A DNA stretch of 64,000 bases, taken from NCBI GenBank assembly GCA_013265495.1, contig MU057796.1:620001-684000 (forward strand), read 5' to 3'. How positions within the stretch are numbered: the first letter of the stretch is position 1; the number at the start of each line of letters is the position of its first letter. Source of the DNA: Vicugna vicugna (taxonomy: Eukaryota). The translations under genes were made by a program, and so were the position numbers. A model generated the notes under the pieces. The model made no database searches and had not been told where the DNA came from. It worked only from the letters and a program-made list of their open reading frames with translations. Of this stretch, positions 14,435 to 28,739 are shown one piece after another.

Positions 14435-16245
14435 TTTTTTTTTGGTGTACGTTCACATTTATTATAACTAATTGGCGATGTCATAAGACAATGCTCACGT
14501 GGCCTGAATATTGGTCACAATCACAACAAAGCTTAATCCAGCCCAGCATACAAATGAAAGTGTCAACTGTGAAGACATGTTTACATATATAGGAGTATGT
14601 ATAAGAGTGACACTGAAACAACTGTATAGCCTTAAAAAATATAGGGCCCACTAATGCCATTTTATCTCATTCAACTCAACTTTCGGATGAAAGGTGGTGT
14701 TTATGGCTTCTGATAAGTAGGCAGTGTCGTGGAAAGGAAGGAAGCTGCCCTAAAATTTGCTCTATTTCTAAGTGGAGAGAAGCAATAGGGGGGCAAAATA
14801 AATTTGGCTGTAACAAGCACCCTTGCTTTAAACAAAGACTTATGCAACACTTTGTGAAGAGAATAACACACTTTCATAAGAAACTGTTACTAAAAATCCC
14901 TGGTAAGTCAACATTTCCATTTTATTTGGGGGTCATCAAAAATAGTCCAACTAAGTGACTAAATGATTATGACCACAAAAAATTTCTCTCAAGAGTCAAA
15001 TATTCTTTGGCCTTAAAAACAACATACTTACTATTATTGAAACAGCTGATGTCTGTTCCCCGTCCCAGGTTCAGAAGTCTTTTAAACAATTTTTAGTGTA
15101 AAACAGCATCATTCCATTTTAGTCTTTTGTGTATTCCCTTTGTTTTAAGGTATTTAGTTTCTAATAAGGGTCTTTGGTATAAATTTATTTTTCTTTAAAG
15201 TTTCAACATACAGTGAAATTTTCCTTCATTTGATATGTGACATGTCAATTCCCTTTATTCTCATATATACTGAAATGTGGCACTGGTCTTTGGTTTCATA
15301 AAATCAGGTTTCACATAATTTAAGTTTCTTTTGCCAAAGACAGTAAGTAATAAGTTGCCTGGTCTTGTCATTTTCATAGATGCACATAATCAGATTAAGA
15401 GAAAGAGGCCTATAAACTTTAAAATAGGAAGAAAAGTTACTTTTCTTTTTCTGCATTCATTCTAATTCCTATGTAAGTCCCTTGTTATCGTTTCATTAAC
15501 CAAAGTTCCCTTTAAAAAAAGGTTGTGTAGGCCTGAATGAAGCAGCTTAGCAGAACAGTAATGCTGAAAAGACGTCATCTTACACCATTAGCTAACATGG
15601 ACATGAAGGCAGTGACCATCTACAGTGTGTGAAATGCCACAAGAAGTCATCAACAGGGGAGGAGAGTTATGTCAGTCCAATTTCTTCAAGAACACTACGT
15701 GGGGTTTCAGCTTCCTCCTGCAGTGGATCAGCCTGCTCAATTGCTTTAAGGACATTTTTCTTGGATGTTTCCTGAACTTCCCCTCCGAAAAGACACTCAT
15801 CCGAAACAAAATCAGCCTTCTCAAAATTAGAGATGATATCAAGTTCACACACACTGCCAAAATACTTGTCAAGTAATTCCACATAACAATGAATTATTTC
15901 CAGGGTAATTAGTCCATTGTCCTGATCCTCAATAGCACAGCAAAAATACAGACTGGCATATCTTTTGTAAACAATTTTCAGACCTCGCCATTCAAGAAAG
16001 CTGCACATTTTAGGTTTCCGTGCTAAAACGGTTTGAACAAGTTCTCTTGTGATCTTTTTCTCCTCTTTGTCTGATAATGGGACTTACCATTTCTGCAGTC
16101 GAAGCTTTCCCTGACGACTAAAAAGCAACATAAACTGCACGGCGGCCGCGGGCCGCGGGCGCGGCGGGGCTTGGCCGGCGGCGGCGGCTGAGGGCAAGGC
16201 CCTGTCGCTGAGCTGAGGAAGGGAAGCCGTGTTGCGGTGGGGAGC
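14435..16245 (-). pseudogene. AP1S2: Full-length processed pseudogene of AP-1 complex subunit sigma-2 (5'UTR, CDS 16140-15667, ~1.2 kb 3'UTR, poly(A))
   Basis: Intronless 474-nt frame reading (M>V)[23 protein letters not shown]...[18 protein letters not shown]>GTG at 16140-16138, premature TAA at 16086-16084. AATAAA at 14463-14458, poly(A) at 14434-14443, exact 14-bp TSD TTAATTAAATTTCT at 14421-14434 and 16246-16259. Confidence 0.96.
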
Positions 16246-17119
16246 TTAATTAAATTTCTATTAGAAACGTATTTAGTCACACATTGATTTGGAGAAAATT
16301 GCTATATTTAAAATATTGCTTATTTCTAACCATAACCATGTTATATCTCTTCTTTTATTTAGATTTCAGCAGTACCTTCTTGCACATCTTTTGTTAGATT
16401 TGTACTGATACTTTATCTTTGATGTTGTTGCTTTGACTGTCGAAAATGGCATCTTCTTCTTAAATTGCATTTTCTACTTTATTGCTAGAATATTGAAGTA
16501 AGTTGAACTGATACATTAATATTGCTAAACTCATTAATTTTAATGATTGGTCAATTATTATGAATTTGGATCTAAAAATGTGTTCCCTACTAATGGTGAT
16601 GTTTTTCCTTTCCTTTCCAATCCTTGTGATTTTTATTTATTCCTCTTTTCTTAGATTACTGACTAATACCTTCTGGAAAATACTGTATAAAAATGGTGAT
16701 AGCTGACTTTCTTGGTTTTATTTCTCTGTTTCAAGGGAAATGCTTTTCAAATTTCCCATTGAGTGTGGGTGTAACATGCTTCTTTTAAAAGTTAAGAATA
16801 TTTCCTTCTATTCCTGGTTTGCTGAGGGACATATGAATTTTGACTTTTATAAAGTGCTTTTTCCTTATCTAGTGAGATAACCACTCATGTAGCAAATTCC
16901 CCTAATAAAATGAACTCTCCAGTGTTGATACAAAGTTACATCTTTGCACTAAACACAACTTAATTTTTTATATATTGGAGAATTTGGATTGTAACTTTCA
17001 AAGTTTTATATCTATTTTTATGAATTGGAAGCTTTATGTCTAGTTTTAAGAATTGAGAATTACCTGTGGATCTTTTTTTCTCATGTCCATTTCTAATTTG
17101 AGCAACATGGTCATTTCAG

Positions 17120-18260
17120 CTTCATTTAATTCAACATCAGGCTTTTGAATGCCTTTTTTTGTGCTAAGCGCAGTTCTGATGCTTTGGAGAAAGCACGTTA
17201 AACAGTCAAGATCCCTGTCCTTACCATTTAACATAGAAAAACATAATAAATGATAAATGGAATAAATAATTAAGCTCTATAATATATTAGAAGATGATAT
17301 GTACTTTGGAAAGAATAGCACATGGACAAAAAAAGGATCAAGGAAGCAAGGGAGGGAGGTGAGTTACAATTTCTAATAGAGTGGTTAGTGGAGTTGTCAT
17401 GGAGAAGGTGACATTTGAGCAAAGCTTTGAAGAAGGTGAGGACATGAGACATGCGGGTATCAGAGACAAAAGCATTGCAGACAGAGGGTCAAGTTACTAC
17501 AGAGATCCTGAGGTATGCATGTCCATCAGGTGTTCCAGAAACATCAAGATAACTGTGTGGCTGGAGAGGGTAAGTGAAGGAAAGAGCCATGCGGTATGCA
17601 GTCAGAAAGGCAGTATAGTCAGGTTCTGTAGGGCCTTGGGACTATAAGAACCTGGTCTTTCTCTGCGAGAGACCAGGAGCAGCTGTAAGATGTGAGCAGG
17701 AAGATGACATGATGTCTTACATTTTAGGAGCACTACTCCAGCCACTGTACTGAGAAAAGACTACAGGGAGGCAGAGAAAGAAGCAGGGACATGTCAGGAG
17801 ATTATTCCAATGATCCAAGCAGGAGACTAGGGGAACTGGCAGTGGGAGTGATGAGAACTGCTCAGATAACAGATATTTTTTGGGAAAGTGGATCCAGTAG
17901 AGTTTCCTGACAGATTGGATGTGGGGTGTGAGAAGAAGAAAGGAATGAGGAATGGTTCCAAGGTTTGAGTATGAGCAACTGGAATGGGGAAGACCAAGTA
18001 AGTAGGGCAGGTTTGGTGGGGAGTCGGGGGAAATCAGAAACTTAGTTATAGACGTTGAGTTTGAAAAGCACCTTAGACATCCAAGTGGAGGTGCCTAGTG
18101 TCAGTCAGATGTATCAATCTGGAGTTCAGGCAGGAGAGAGGTATGTGTTTATGAGTGAATATGAACCAAGAATTGGATGTAGAGAGAAATAAGAGCTAAG
18201 CATTCAGGCCTAAGAAGTCAGGGAAAAAATGATCTCACTTAGGAAACTGAGCAGTGACAA
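17120..18260 (-). mobile_element. LINE-2 fragment
   Basis: Antisense L2 terminus (ttcatttaattcaaca...) and typical L2 body (ggagaaggtgacatttgagcaaagctttgaagaaggtgagg; gattggatgtggggtgtgagaagaagaaaggaat). Confidence 0.75.
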
Positions 18261-20675
18261 AATTTTTGTTTTTATTTTTGGGGAACCATATATGTGATAA
18301 ACATGACCAACCTCTGTTTTGCCCATCTGCTGCTCTCGCGGTTCTGCCACTATTTCGGGACAAGCAGAGCTGATCCCAAGTAACAACTTCTACCCTTTGC
18401 AAAACCCACCAATCAGCATTTACCCTACAGCATACCTCATCTACTTAACAACTTCTGCCTCCCCAGACCTGACTGAGGCCTGCTGGTGGGAAAGTTCATC
18501 CCAGCTCCCCCCTCTTTCAGACACGCCCCTTTCACTTTCAATATACCCACGGGAATAAATAACCAGGCCTGTATGCAGAAAAACGGGCTGCAGTCTAGCT
18601 TGAGATCCTTTCTGCATGTTTTCTAAAAATAGACTTGACTGTACCCTTTAACTGTCTCTCCTTCCTTTCTTTCTCTCTGACGCTGACAAAATGTAGTATG
18701 AATTCAGGCCCTAAACCATTCTGAATGTGAGCTTGTGGCAAGTTCTTAGGAAACTTTTTATGTTTGCCTTCTTCATTAAGATGCCTGCCATGGTGGGATA
18801 TAGATACCTCCCGGGTCAAGTCTCCAGGCCAACCTCTTCCCTCTCTCAGCCCTCTCATTTGATCCCATCCCACTGCTCTGGTGACCCCTCATAATGTAGG
18901 CTCTAGGTCATAGTTTGTTATCCCAGGGAAAACCTAACACTCAGAATCCCTATATTCTTTTCAATATTGGCCTACAAAGAATTGCTTTATTTTCATCACC
19001 TCAACTGCATGTTTAAAAATTATATTTAGCTATAATTTAGACATAATGACCCAGAAAATTTTCTCTAAACATCTAAACTACTACATTGTTCTGGTCAGAT
19101 TTGCTGTTAGATTGGTTTTAGGTACAAAAAGTTAAAGGAGTCCGGGATGACCACAAGGATTTTGGACTAACAAAGTAATAGAGCAGTTGTTTACTGAAAT
19201 GGAGAAGACGGATGAATAATTTTTCCTTTATAGAATAAGCACAGAATCAAGAGTGGAAGAAGTGCAAGGTAAAACAACTGATATTTTGATGAAGATTTCA
19301 GAACTTGCAAATACATACATATAAATCGCAAATTAGAGTCCTCTACTGCAAAGCAATCACCTCGGGAAATCTTTCATTTATTCTAATGAGGCTGACATTT
19401 CAAAATCTTTTGGGGACTTTTTTTTTTTCCAAAGATTGTCATCAAAACCTTTGGAATATTTTTTAAATATCCTCTTGAGTAGTAAATCTCTGGTTTGTGA
19501 AAGTGAATTTGCTTTTTAGAAACAGTGAAAAAAATCGTCTAGTGCTGAGCTTGTTGAAAATGGTAGTTGATCAAAGTAGGGAATGATTATTTGGGATCAC
19601 AAATGCATATGACCACAATTTAACGACTGGCTTTCTACTGTGATGTCTACACTGGCTTGTGCATATCTCAGCTTAGGTGATCTATGTGTATTTACTGATG
19701 ATAAGACTTTACAGCATGACCAGTGACCCTGGCCAGAGTGAGTCAAAATCATACACATAAATCTGAATGAGTAATTGTAGGGCGGCAGAAGGATTCCACA
19801 CAGTTTCTAATGTATTTCTCCCCTTTGTTTATCCACTGGAGCTCAGGCTAGCCCTACTGAGGATAGTGCTTGTCAGTGGTGCTGACTTTGAATGACAAAG
19901 TCTTCACATAACCTTCAAGCAAAGCCTCAGTCCAAACCTATCACCGGCAGCCCAGGGAATCCCTCAGCAGCAATAAATGTCTCATATTCATTTTTCACTG
20001 GATAACACTATGGCTCTCAGTCCTGGAAGAAAATCGCATACAGCTCTATTACATTTTAAATGCTCCTGATTCCTTTCCTTACTGGCTTCCCTTTAAGGGG
20101 GAAAAAAATGGGGGGTTTTTTGCATTTATTTTTTCATCCATTTGTGTCATTTTTGTTTCCTTTTCAGTTAAAATGTCCTAGGTAATTGTATTATAAACAA
20201 TCTTAAGGGATTCTCACACCCACTTTAACATGATTTTCATATAACAAATATAGCTCTCTTGGCTTTTGTGACAATGTCGACAATTTTGAATCATTTTACC
20301 ATTAAAGTATGAAGCTGGCAGGCATAATAAAATATTTCTACTTCTCTTTGCATAATATATATTTTAAGAGAAAAAACTATGGATTTTACATGATAAGTTT
20401 CTAATGCAAAAACAGCTAATGAATATGATGTCTGACTTTCTGGACTGCATAAATCATGCATTTGTAGATAGCTGAGTGATTTGTATTAAGCTTAACCAAG
20501 TTGTGTTCCTGTTTTTTCCATGAAAAGTCATGATAGTTCTGAGCTGGATTAAGAAATATAGAATTAAATACCACAAAATGATTATACTTACATTTAGAAG
20601 ATAATTTTAAGATGCTATAGTTTAACAGTTAAGATGTTATTTATATTAACTCATGGTTAATTCTCATAATTCTTT

Positions 20676-22258
20676 ATTAAAATTGAAGTATAGTTGATTT
20701 ACAATATTATATTAGTTTCAGCTATACAACATAGTGATTCAATATTTTTATAGATTATACTCCATTTAAAGTTACTATAAAATAATGATTATCTTTCTCT
20801 GTATTGTGCAATATATCCTTATAGCTTATTTATTTTATACATAGTAGTTTGTACCTCTTAATCACTTACCCCTAGGATGCCCCCCATACACCCTCTCCCC
20901 AGTGGTAACCACTAATTTGTACCTTATATCTGTGATCTGTTTCTCTTTTGTTCATTCCTTTGTTTTATTTTTTAATATTCCACATATAAGTGATAACATA
21001 AAGTATTTGTCTTTCTCTGTCTGACTTATTTCACTATCATAATTCCCTCTAGGTCCATTCATGTTGTTGCAAATGGCAGAATTTGCAACATTTTTTATTC
21101 ATACATACACCCCACATCTTTTTTATCTTCTTTTTCTTTCATCAGTTGATGGACACTTAACATTGCTTCTGTATCTTGGCAACTGTAAATGATGCTGCTA
21201 TGAACATTAGGGTGCATATGTCTTTTTAAATTAGTGTTTTCTTTGGATAAAAACCCAGGAGTGAAATTGCTGGATCATGTGGTAGTTCCATTTTTAGTTT
21301 TTTGAGGAACCTCCATACTGTTTTCCACTATGGCTGCACCAATTTACATTACTTCCAACAGTGTATGAGAGTTCTCTATTCTCTACATCCTCACCAACGT
21401 TTGTTCCTTTTGATGATAGGCATTCTGCCAGGTGTGAGGTGATACCTCATTGTGGTTTTGATTTGCATTGTCCTGATGGTTAATGATGTTAAGCATCTTT
21501 TCATGTGCCTGTTGGCCATCTGCATGTCTTCTTTAGAAAAAAAGTCTTTTCAAGTTTTCTGCTCATTTTTAATTACTCTTTTATATTGAGTTGTATGAGT
21601 GATTTATATATTTTGGATATTAATTCTTTATCAGTCATATTAATTGCAAATATTTTCTCCCCTTCAGTAGGTTGTCTTTAGAACAAATAACTCTAAAATT
21701 TATATTGACCCACCAAAGACCTTGGATAGCCAAAGCAATCTTGAGGAAAGAAAAAAGAACAAAGCTGGGGGTATCAGACTCACTGACTCCAGACTATAAC
21801 TCAAGGCTACAGTAATCCAAACAGTATGATAGTGGCACAAAAGCAGACACATAGATCAGTGGAACAGAATGGGAGCCCAAAAATAAACCCATACACCTAA
21901 GATTATTTAATCTATGACAAAGAAGGCAAAAATTTGCAATAGAGAAAAAGACCATCTCTTCAATAAATGGTGCTGGGAAAAATGGACAGCTACATATCAA
22001 AGAATAAAATTAGAACATTTTGTCATGCCATATACAAAAATAAAATCAAAATGATTTAAAGACCTAAATGTTAAGACTAGAAGCAATAACACTCCTAAAA
22101 GAAAACAGGCATAAACTCTTTGATGTAAATTGTAGCAGTATTTCTTTGGACCTGTCTCCTAAGGTAAAGGAAACAAAATCTAAAATAAATGAAATTGGAT
22201 GTAATTAAACTTAAAAAATTTTGCACAACAAAGGAAACCATCAACAGAAGGAAAAGTT
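20676..22258 (-). mobile_element. LINE-1 with 5' inversion (minus 20676-~21678; inverted plus segment ~21679-22256)
   Basis: Orientation switch at ~21679; TSD TCATAATTCTTT at 20664-20675 and 22259-22270. Confidence 0.88.
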
Positions 22259-23099
22259 TCATAATTCTTTTTTTTTTAATTTTGGGATTTTTGCTATATG
22301 AAATACAAAACTGACACTGAGAATTTAGCAAAATTCACCTTATAAATTGCACAGAGATTCTGATGTCACACCAACTCAATGTACACATTTCAGCAACTTG
22401 CTTTTTAATTTTTTAAAAAATTTCTGTGATACACTGGGAGGGCAGAAAGGAGTCCAGGCAGAAATGTGGTTAGAAGGGCTCACCTTCACAAGAAGGGGTC
22501 CTGGACTTCCAAATGCTAGTGGCAGTGGGTCAAAGGTATCAGTCTCCTGATCATCAGCACATCCACTTGGCAAGGTGAGATGTAAATATTGGAAAATAAG
22601 TGAAGGGAAGTGACTTTAGGTGATTTCAAATTTCATGAGTGAATTCCTAGTCATGGTCAGTCTATGTGTTCAAACTACAAAGAAATATACGGCATGGACC
22701 ATGTCTGCCTCTTCATCAGCTAATGGACATAATACAAGATAAGCTAATCTAATCTGGAATCTAGTTGTTTTCAAAATTTTACATGAGAAAATCAAAAAAT
22801 TGGAAATGTGTAGGCCATTGTGTGTTTTAAGAGCTACACTGAAATTTTGACGAATGTGTTATCTACACTCACACAAACACACTTTCTCAGGTGCTTTACA
22901 CCAGATACAAAGGATATTGATTCACTTCAGCTTAACAAATATCCATTAAGTAGTTACTCAGGAAGGAAAGAAATAGAAATAAATGTGATTTTAATCTATT
23001 CTTCAATGACAAAGTATTATAGAATGGTAAGAATTCATTATGAAGAGGCACAGAAACAGAAACATTTATTATATTAAATGCAAATAAAAAATACCAAAA

Positions 23100-23850
23100 T
23101 CCTCATAAATTTGAGTGAAGGTATGCAAAATTTACATACATCTGGACAAGAACTAGAAGATAATATTGAAAAATAAGAAGTTACAGCACAGTTACTTACA
23201 CATTTATTCTCTGACCTAGCAATCTGATTTTAAGAAATATATCCCAAACGTACACAGGCAAAAATGCAGAATGGCATATATATGAGATTATTTATTGTGG
23301 CTTTATTTATAATAGCAGAAGACTTGGAAACAACCCAGATGTTCAGAGAAAGAGGACTTGTTGAGTAAACTATGGGACATTCACAAATAAGAATATTCTA
23401 TAGCTATAAAGAAAGAAAGAATAATGATCAATATTGATATGGGACAGTCTTTAAAATTTATTATTAATTAAAAAAGCAAGGGGTAGAATAGCATTAATAG
23501 TTAGGAAATTAGAAAAATATCAATATATTTATTTATAGTTATGTTTCACTTATTTTTTTAACAATCACTGGCAAAAACTAAGAAAAGTGCTGAGCTACAT
23601 TGGGAGAAAGAGCAGATGGAGGGGACACAGATTGAACTGACATTTCATGAAAATAATTCATTATTTTGGCTTTGGAATCTGTACATGCTTTATGCAAACT
23701 AAAAAATACAATCAAAAGGCAAGAAAAATAATTCCTAAATACAAAAAATAACCTGAAAGGAATTATCCTGTACATACAAATAAAATATAAAGTTAATGGT
23801 ATAACCACACTGGCGATTGAATTTCTTCACCTGACTTGAAAGCACAGTGT
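23100..23850 (+). mobile_element. Old L1ME-like 3' fragment
   Basis: Degenerate motifs (tgacctagcaatctg...; ttggaaacaacccagatgttc; gagtaaactatgggacattcac). Confidence 0.6.
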
Positions 23851-25399
23851 TTTGAAGGAATTCTAGAGACATTGCATGAAACAGTATGTAATCTACCGTG
23901 GACTGCTTCTATAAGTAGTTTTAATGCACCCTCTCTTAGTCTTATAATTATATAAAACACAAATTTCATGAACCCCTAGTAAAAGAAAACACTCAAGAAA
24001 TAATAAAATAGTTTGAAGGACAGAAAAAATTGGTGACTTTTTGTTAGTATTTCTTTCAGAGACTATATCAAGAAGAAAGGTTAAAAAAAAAACACACTAT
24101 TTTCAGACAGTGGGCTAGTATCTCCCCCTGCAAAAAATAATTCTCATATTTAAGTACACTAAAATTTTTGCTGTATGTTAATTCCTCCTTAAGAAACAAA
24201 ATTAAGCACCAATATTAATATTAGTAGAGCAGTTATCAGAACCATAATTCATCTCACAACTGCCCAAATTAGTCATTTGGAGTTTTAGACATAATTTATT
24301 GACAAATTCATTTTTAATATTTCTCTGAGATCTCATTCTTTTAGAACCACCTTAATTTTTATTTAAAATAATTTTAAATGGGTCTTCATCACCTGTGCTA
24401 TGTTCTACCCAACATTCTCTTCCAAGGTGATTTTTAAAACATTATACAAAATGACAAATCAGTTGGTGAAAGTATACTTTTAAAATATCATAAATCAAAG
24501 CAAAAAAAATTTTAAACCTCAAAAGAGAAAATAAAAAAGGACAAAATAATGAACTAGGTTAATAGTAAAATATGTCAAAGTAGTCTTTCAAGAAAATGTC
24601 TGAAACCAATAGTAAACAATCAATATTTTGGAAATCATTAAATTTTGTATTAATAAGAACATTAGTTTAAAAGCCTTTGGAAATTTCTGATAAACATGGC
24701 TTTAAAATTTCAAAATTTCATGATGGCAGGAGTTAATGTCTTAAGGTATGGAAGGAACCCAGTGTACACCTGAACTAACCCGAATTAACTCAAGTTCTAA
24801 ATAATGTCACAGTGTAAACATCTGTTGATTTGGTATCTAGGTTATTACCTTCCAAAACAAAATAAGGAACCCTCCAAAAACAAACAAAAAGTTTGGCTTC
24901 CAATGCACTTAAAATTTGGGTATCTGCCTGACGTAAGCAGAAAAGAAATGTCTTTGACGGATAATAGGTGACCAACAGAATGGCTCAGAGGACTGAAGTG
25001 TGAGACTATACAGCTAGGAAAACCACTGACAGGTCTGGTGAGGGCGTTGCTGCTACACTCCCAATGCCCCAGCACTGTTCAGTCTATGCTGCCACCAGCA
25101 TCACTGCCAACCACTGCCCCCACAAGGCTCCCATCTCAAAATAAATGGCAGAGGTGTTCCTTTGGAAGAATCTAAACCCTGTATTCACAACTTATCTGCA
25201 AGAGAATCTGCAAGGGAAAGGAAAGATCCAGCATGTTTAACAGTAGGAGATGGGCTTTTCTTCCTACCAAGACTCATAACAGAAGGATTTCAGATGCTGG
25301 GTTGATTTAAAAAAAAAAAAAAAAAGGCAAATACCCTCTCCAAGATGATTCTGGCAGGACTCTGGCAAGACACGCAGATCCAGAGTTACAATAACCTCT

Positions 25400-25600
25400 T
25401 AGCAGGATGTATTGCATTATTTATTTACTTGTGTTTCCTCCACTAAGTAAAAGCTCCTTGAAGGTGCCAGCTACGTCTCAATCACAGTCTAACATGTTAA
25501 CATACAATCTAACATTTAGTGCTTGGTACAATCTAACAGTCTAACTTGGTACAGTCAACATTCTGAGTAAACAGAGGAATGAATGAGTGAATGAATATGA
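25400..25600 (+). mobile_element. LINE-2 3' terminus
   Basis: aagctccttgaagg ... ending in a gaatgaatgagtgaatgaat tail. Confidence 0.6.
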
Positions 25601-26849
25601 CTAGCATTCTTACTCCTCAGTGGTCATAGGCTTAGGGTGGATAGCTAATTCAGTTTCCTTGTCATAGTTGTCCAGAGCAGAGGTTGAAGCTTAAAAATCC
25701 GAAGACATTTTGGAAAACTTACTGGTGATAACTGTCTCTTCTGTGATGGGTCAGAAACTCTGGGATGTGAGCCCAGAAATTTGGACATGGAAGAATGAGA
25801 ATCAATAAGATAAGGGCCTCTTGAAGCAGGCAGCTTCTGGAAAATATATGGATCTTCTTTCATTTCTGATAGAGCCTGCTTCTTATTATCTCTTCCTAAA
25901 TGATCCATTGCAATTTGTGTCAGAGTTGGCTCTTTGGTAAAAATTAATAATTGATTCAAAAAAATGATTCATTACATATTCCAACGAAAAGTTCTGATTA
26001 GCATGTGACTAATTGGTTCTCGTCTCTTCAAAAGAAAAACCAGGACACACAAATTGAACTTTCAGGGGGTCAAGGAAAGGAAAATATATGACTTTGCAAA
26101 TTCATCTCAGGAACTTTTCTGAAAGTTGTGATTAGATGTTTTCAAATGTTTCATCATTCAAGATTAGATAGGCTAAAAATAAGTATTCAAGGATGGCTTA
26201 AGGGTCATCTTAAGGGACCTTGTAAAGAGAATCTGTTACTCAAAAAGTTTTATAGAGATGATACATAATTCATTTAAAAAAGTAATTTGCAAACCATATT
26301 AGGTTAAGCCTGTAGAATTTTAGAAATAATGTAGAAGTGTTTTCAGTTCAGGAAACTTAGACATTTACTTAAATATCTAGCTGTAACTGAAATGCACATA
26401 AAAATGCATGCTGTGTAGAGAATGCATCCACCAGCACAATCTATGCAACTTAAACATTGGAAGTATTTAAACACCCAAAGATAGCCTTGACAAAATATTT
26501 GTTAGCCAATTTTAATTTTAAAACACAACCTGCTGAACTACCCATTTACTTCTGATAGTTCCTTGAAGCTAGCCGTTCAATCCAAAAATCTCAAAAATAA
26601 ATTGGAGAACAATGTGTACTTTCATTCCTGTCCTATGCTTGATTAATTTTGTAGGGTAAATAGTTGTTTTTCCCCAAGCTGAATTTGTATGATTTTATAA
26701 TTTTCTGCATGACCAAAAGGACACAGAAGCTTAGAGAAATATGTTACGTGGGATTTATTGTCCGCTTGAGGAGTCTACTTCTGGTTTTGTCCAGGAGAAA
26801 GGTTCAGGTCAGTAGCCTTAAAGCTCTGACTCAGGCGCTGACATAAGGA

Positions 26850-28500
26850 TTCTCTCAATGGTAGGAAATGAGAAAAGGAAGATGTGGGCAAGGGGCAAGG
26901 GGCAAGGGAGGAAGCTGGTTATTTGTTAAGATGTATTTAAAGAGACAGGGACCTGGTGGAAGTGTGACTTGCAGGTGCTTTGTCTGTTTGTCTCCTTTTT
27001 CCCTCATCTATTTTCCCTTTTCCTGTAATTGAATTCTATTCTTGGAGGATTTTTCAACCAATATCCAAAGACATAAGAAGACAGAAAGTGAAGACAGCAA
27101 GGAGATTCAACTCTTCCTTGGAGTTCTGTGGCAAAGGGAAACAGAAAAATGGGCATTTGCCATATGGAAGCACAGGAAGCTTCTCTCTCTTCTTTTTTTT
27201 TTAAGGGAGAGAGAGGAGATCATTGTTGTGATGTCTTTGAGTGGACAAAAGGGAATAGGATCCAGAAACAAGTAGAGATGTTGGCTTTAGGTAGGAATGC
27301 AGTTAATTCATGGAAATAGGTGGTAAGGCAGGATGGGAGCTTGTGGAAGCAAGATCATCTGAAAAAGTGAGGATTGCCAAGGGGGTGCTGTAGGTTGGAG
27401 AAGAGATGATTAAGTGTAAAATGATCAGGAGAGTGAAAGAGAGAGCGAAAGAGCACACAAATGGACATAGCATTTCCAGGCATCATTTGAGGTCAGTGGT
27501 CCCATTAGCATGGCTGGGTGCTCTTCTCCAGACAGGTTCAGCGGCACAGGTATAGGCCTTGAATGGGCCAAGTACAAATTTAACAAAAGTTGAGGCTTTA
27601 CTATTAAGGGCACTGGGATGAGGTGGTGGGAGGAACATGGTAGCTGAGGGTGTAAGCAATGGAGTTATAATGATGGACCATGGATGGAATCTAAGCTGGG
27701 TAAGAAAGAAAAGGGTTGAGAGACATTGAAGAGTTAGTAAGGCCAATGAGTTGTAGGACCCAAAGGGGCAAAGGATGGTTGGACATAGAGAGCTGAAGAA
27801 TATGACTGCAAAATGAAAGGTGGTCCAACGGTGACCCTCGAAACTGAGATTGCAAAGGCTGTGAAGTTATTGGTAACTATAAGGTCTAGGGCATGTCTGT
27901 GAGGCCTGTTGGGGACAACAAAGTCATGCACATAAAGGAGATCAGAAACTGAGGGGTCAGGGTATTCAAATGACCATCTATTTATATATAAAACTCACTA
28001 TGAATTATTATAGGAGTAGTATTAGAAACAGTAACAAGGATCCATAGGCTAAAATCTTAGAGAAATGAGAGGAGAATCCTAGAATTCTATAAATGGCTAA
28101 AGCAAGGAAGGTTTGCTGTGTGGTATGAACTTAGATTATGGCATGAGTTCAAAAATGATGAGAATGAGTAATTATGGGGTATGGAAGGGGAATGATTTGA
28201 GAAGAGCAAGGAGGCCCAGTGGTGCAAGGAAGGTAAGAGAGAAAACACCTACCTTCTGAGGATGGTGGAGAAACAGCATCGTGGAGAACAGCCACATTTC
28301 ATTTAAAGTGACAGAGTAAAGGAAACATTCAGAAAGGAGTTTGAGGATGTAGAGCATTTTGCTGGCAATAGACTGTGAATTCCAGAGGGCACGGTGAAAG
28401 GGTTTTGAATGTTGGGAATGGACAGAGGTGGGGTCAGATTAGAGGATGTACAGACATATCAGATAACAAGGGAAATGTGGATACTTTGAGTTCCTTGTTG
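26850..28500 (-). mobile_element. Ancient LINE-2 internal fragment
   Basis: Long purine-rich degenerate tract; minus-strand ORF 27734-27931 contains HALDLIVTNN, resembling the CR1/L2 endonuclease LDL motif. Confidence 0.5.
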
Positions 28501-28739
28501 TGAGTGAAGTGAACAACTGAGGAGCAGGATGGAAAAGGTCTTACCATGTGTTATCTGGTAAGTGTTTTGGTGCTAAACACTTGACCACTCCAAGAGCAAA
28601 AAGACTCTGTGGTGCACCTTACTCCTGCCAGTGTCCACCTCATGCTTTCACTGGATATCATCCTGTTCCACTAAATGTATGTCATCGTACCAGTTACCTC
28701 TGGAGAAATGACAAGCATGCTGAATGTCTACCTGTAACA

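Larger units (their letters stand above)
12285..17040 (-). mobile_element. Old, highly diverged L1M element, interrupted by an LTR and by the AP1S2 retrocopy
   Basis: T-rich antisense L1 3'UTR/ORF2-like sequence that continues across both insertions; boundaries approximate. Confidence 0.7.

Noticed and set aside
15667..16008. 113-aa AP1S2 ORF from Met45 as a functional out-of-X retrogene
   Set aside because: Lacks the N-terminal 44 residues and has ten substitutions, many non-conservative, in a highly conserved protein.
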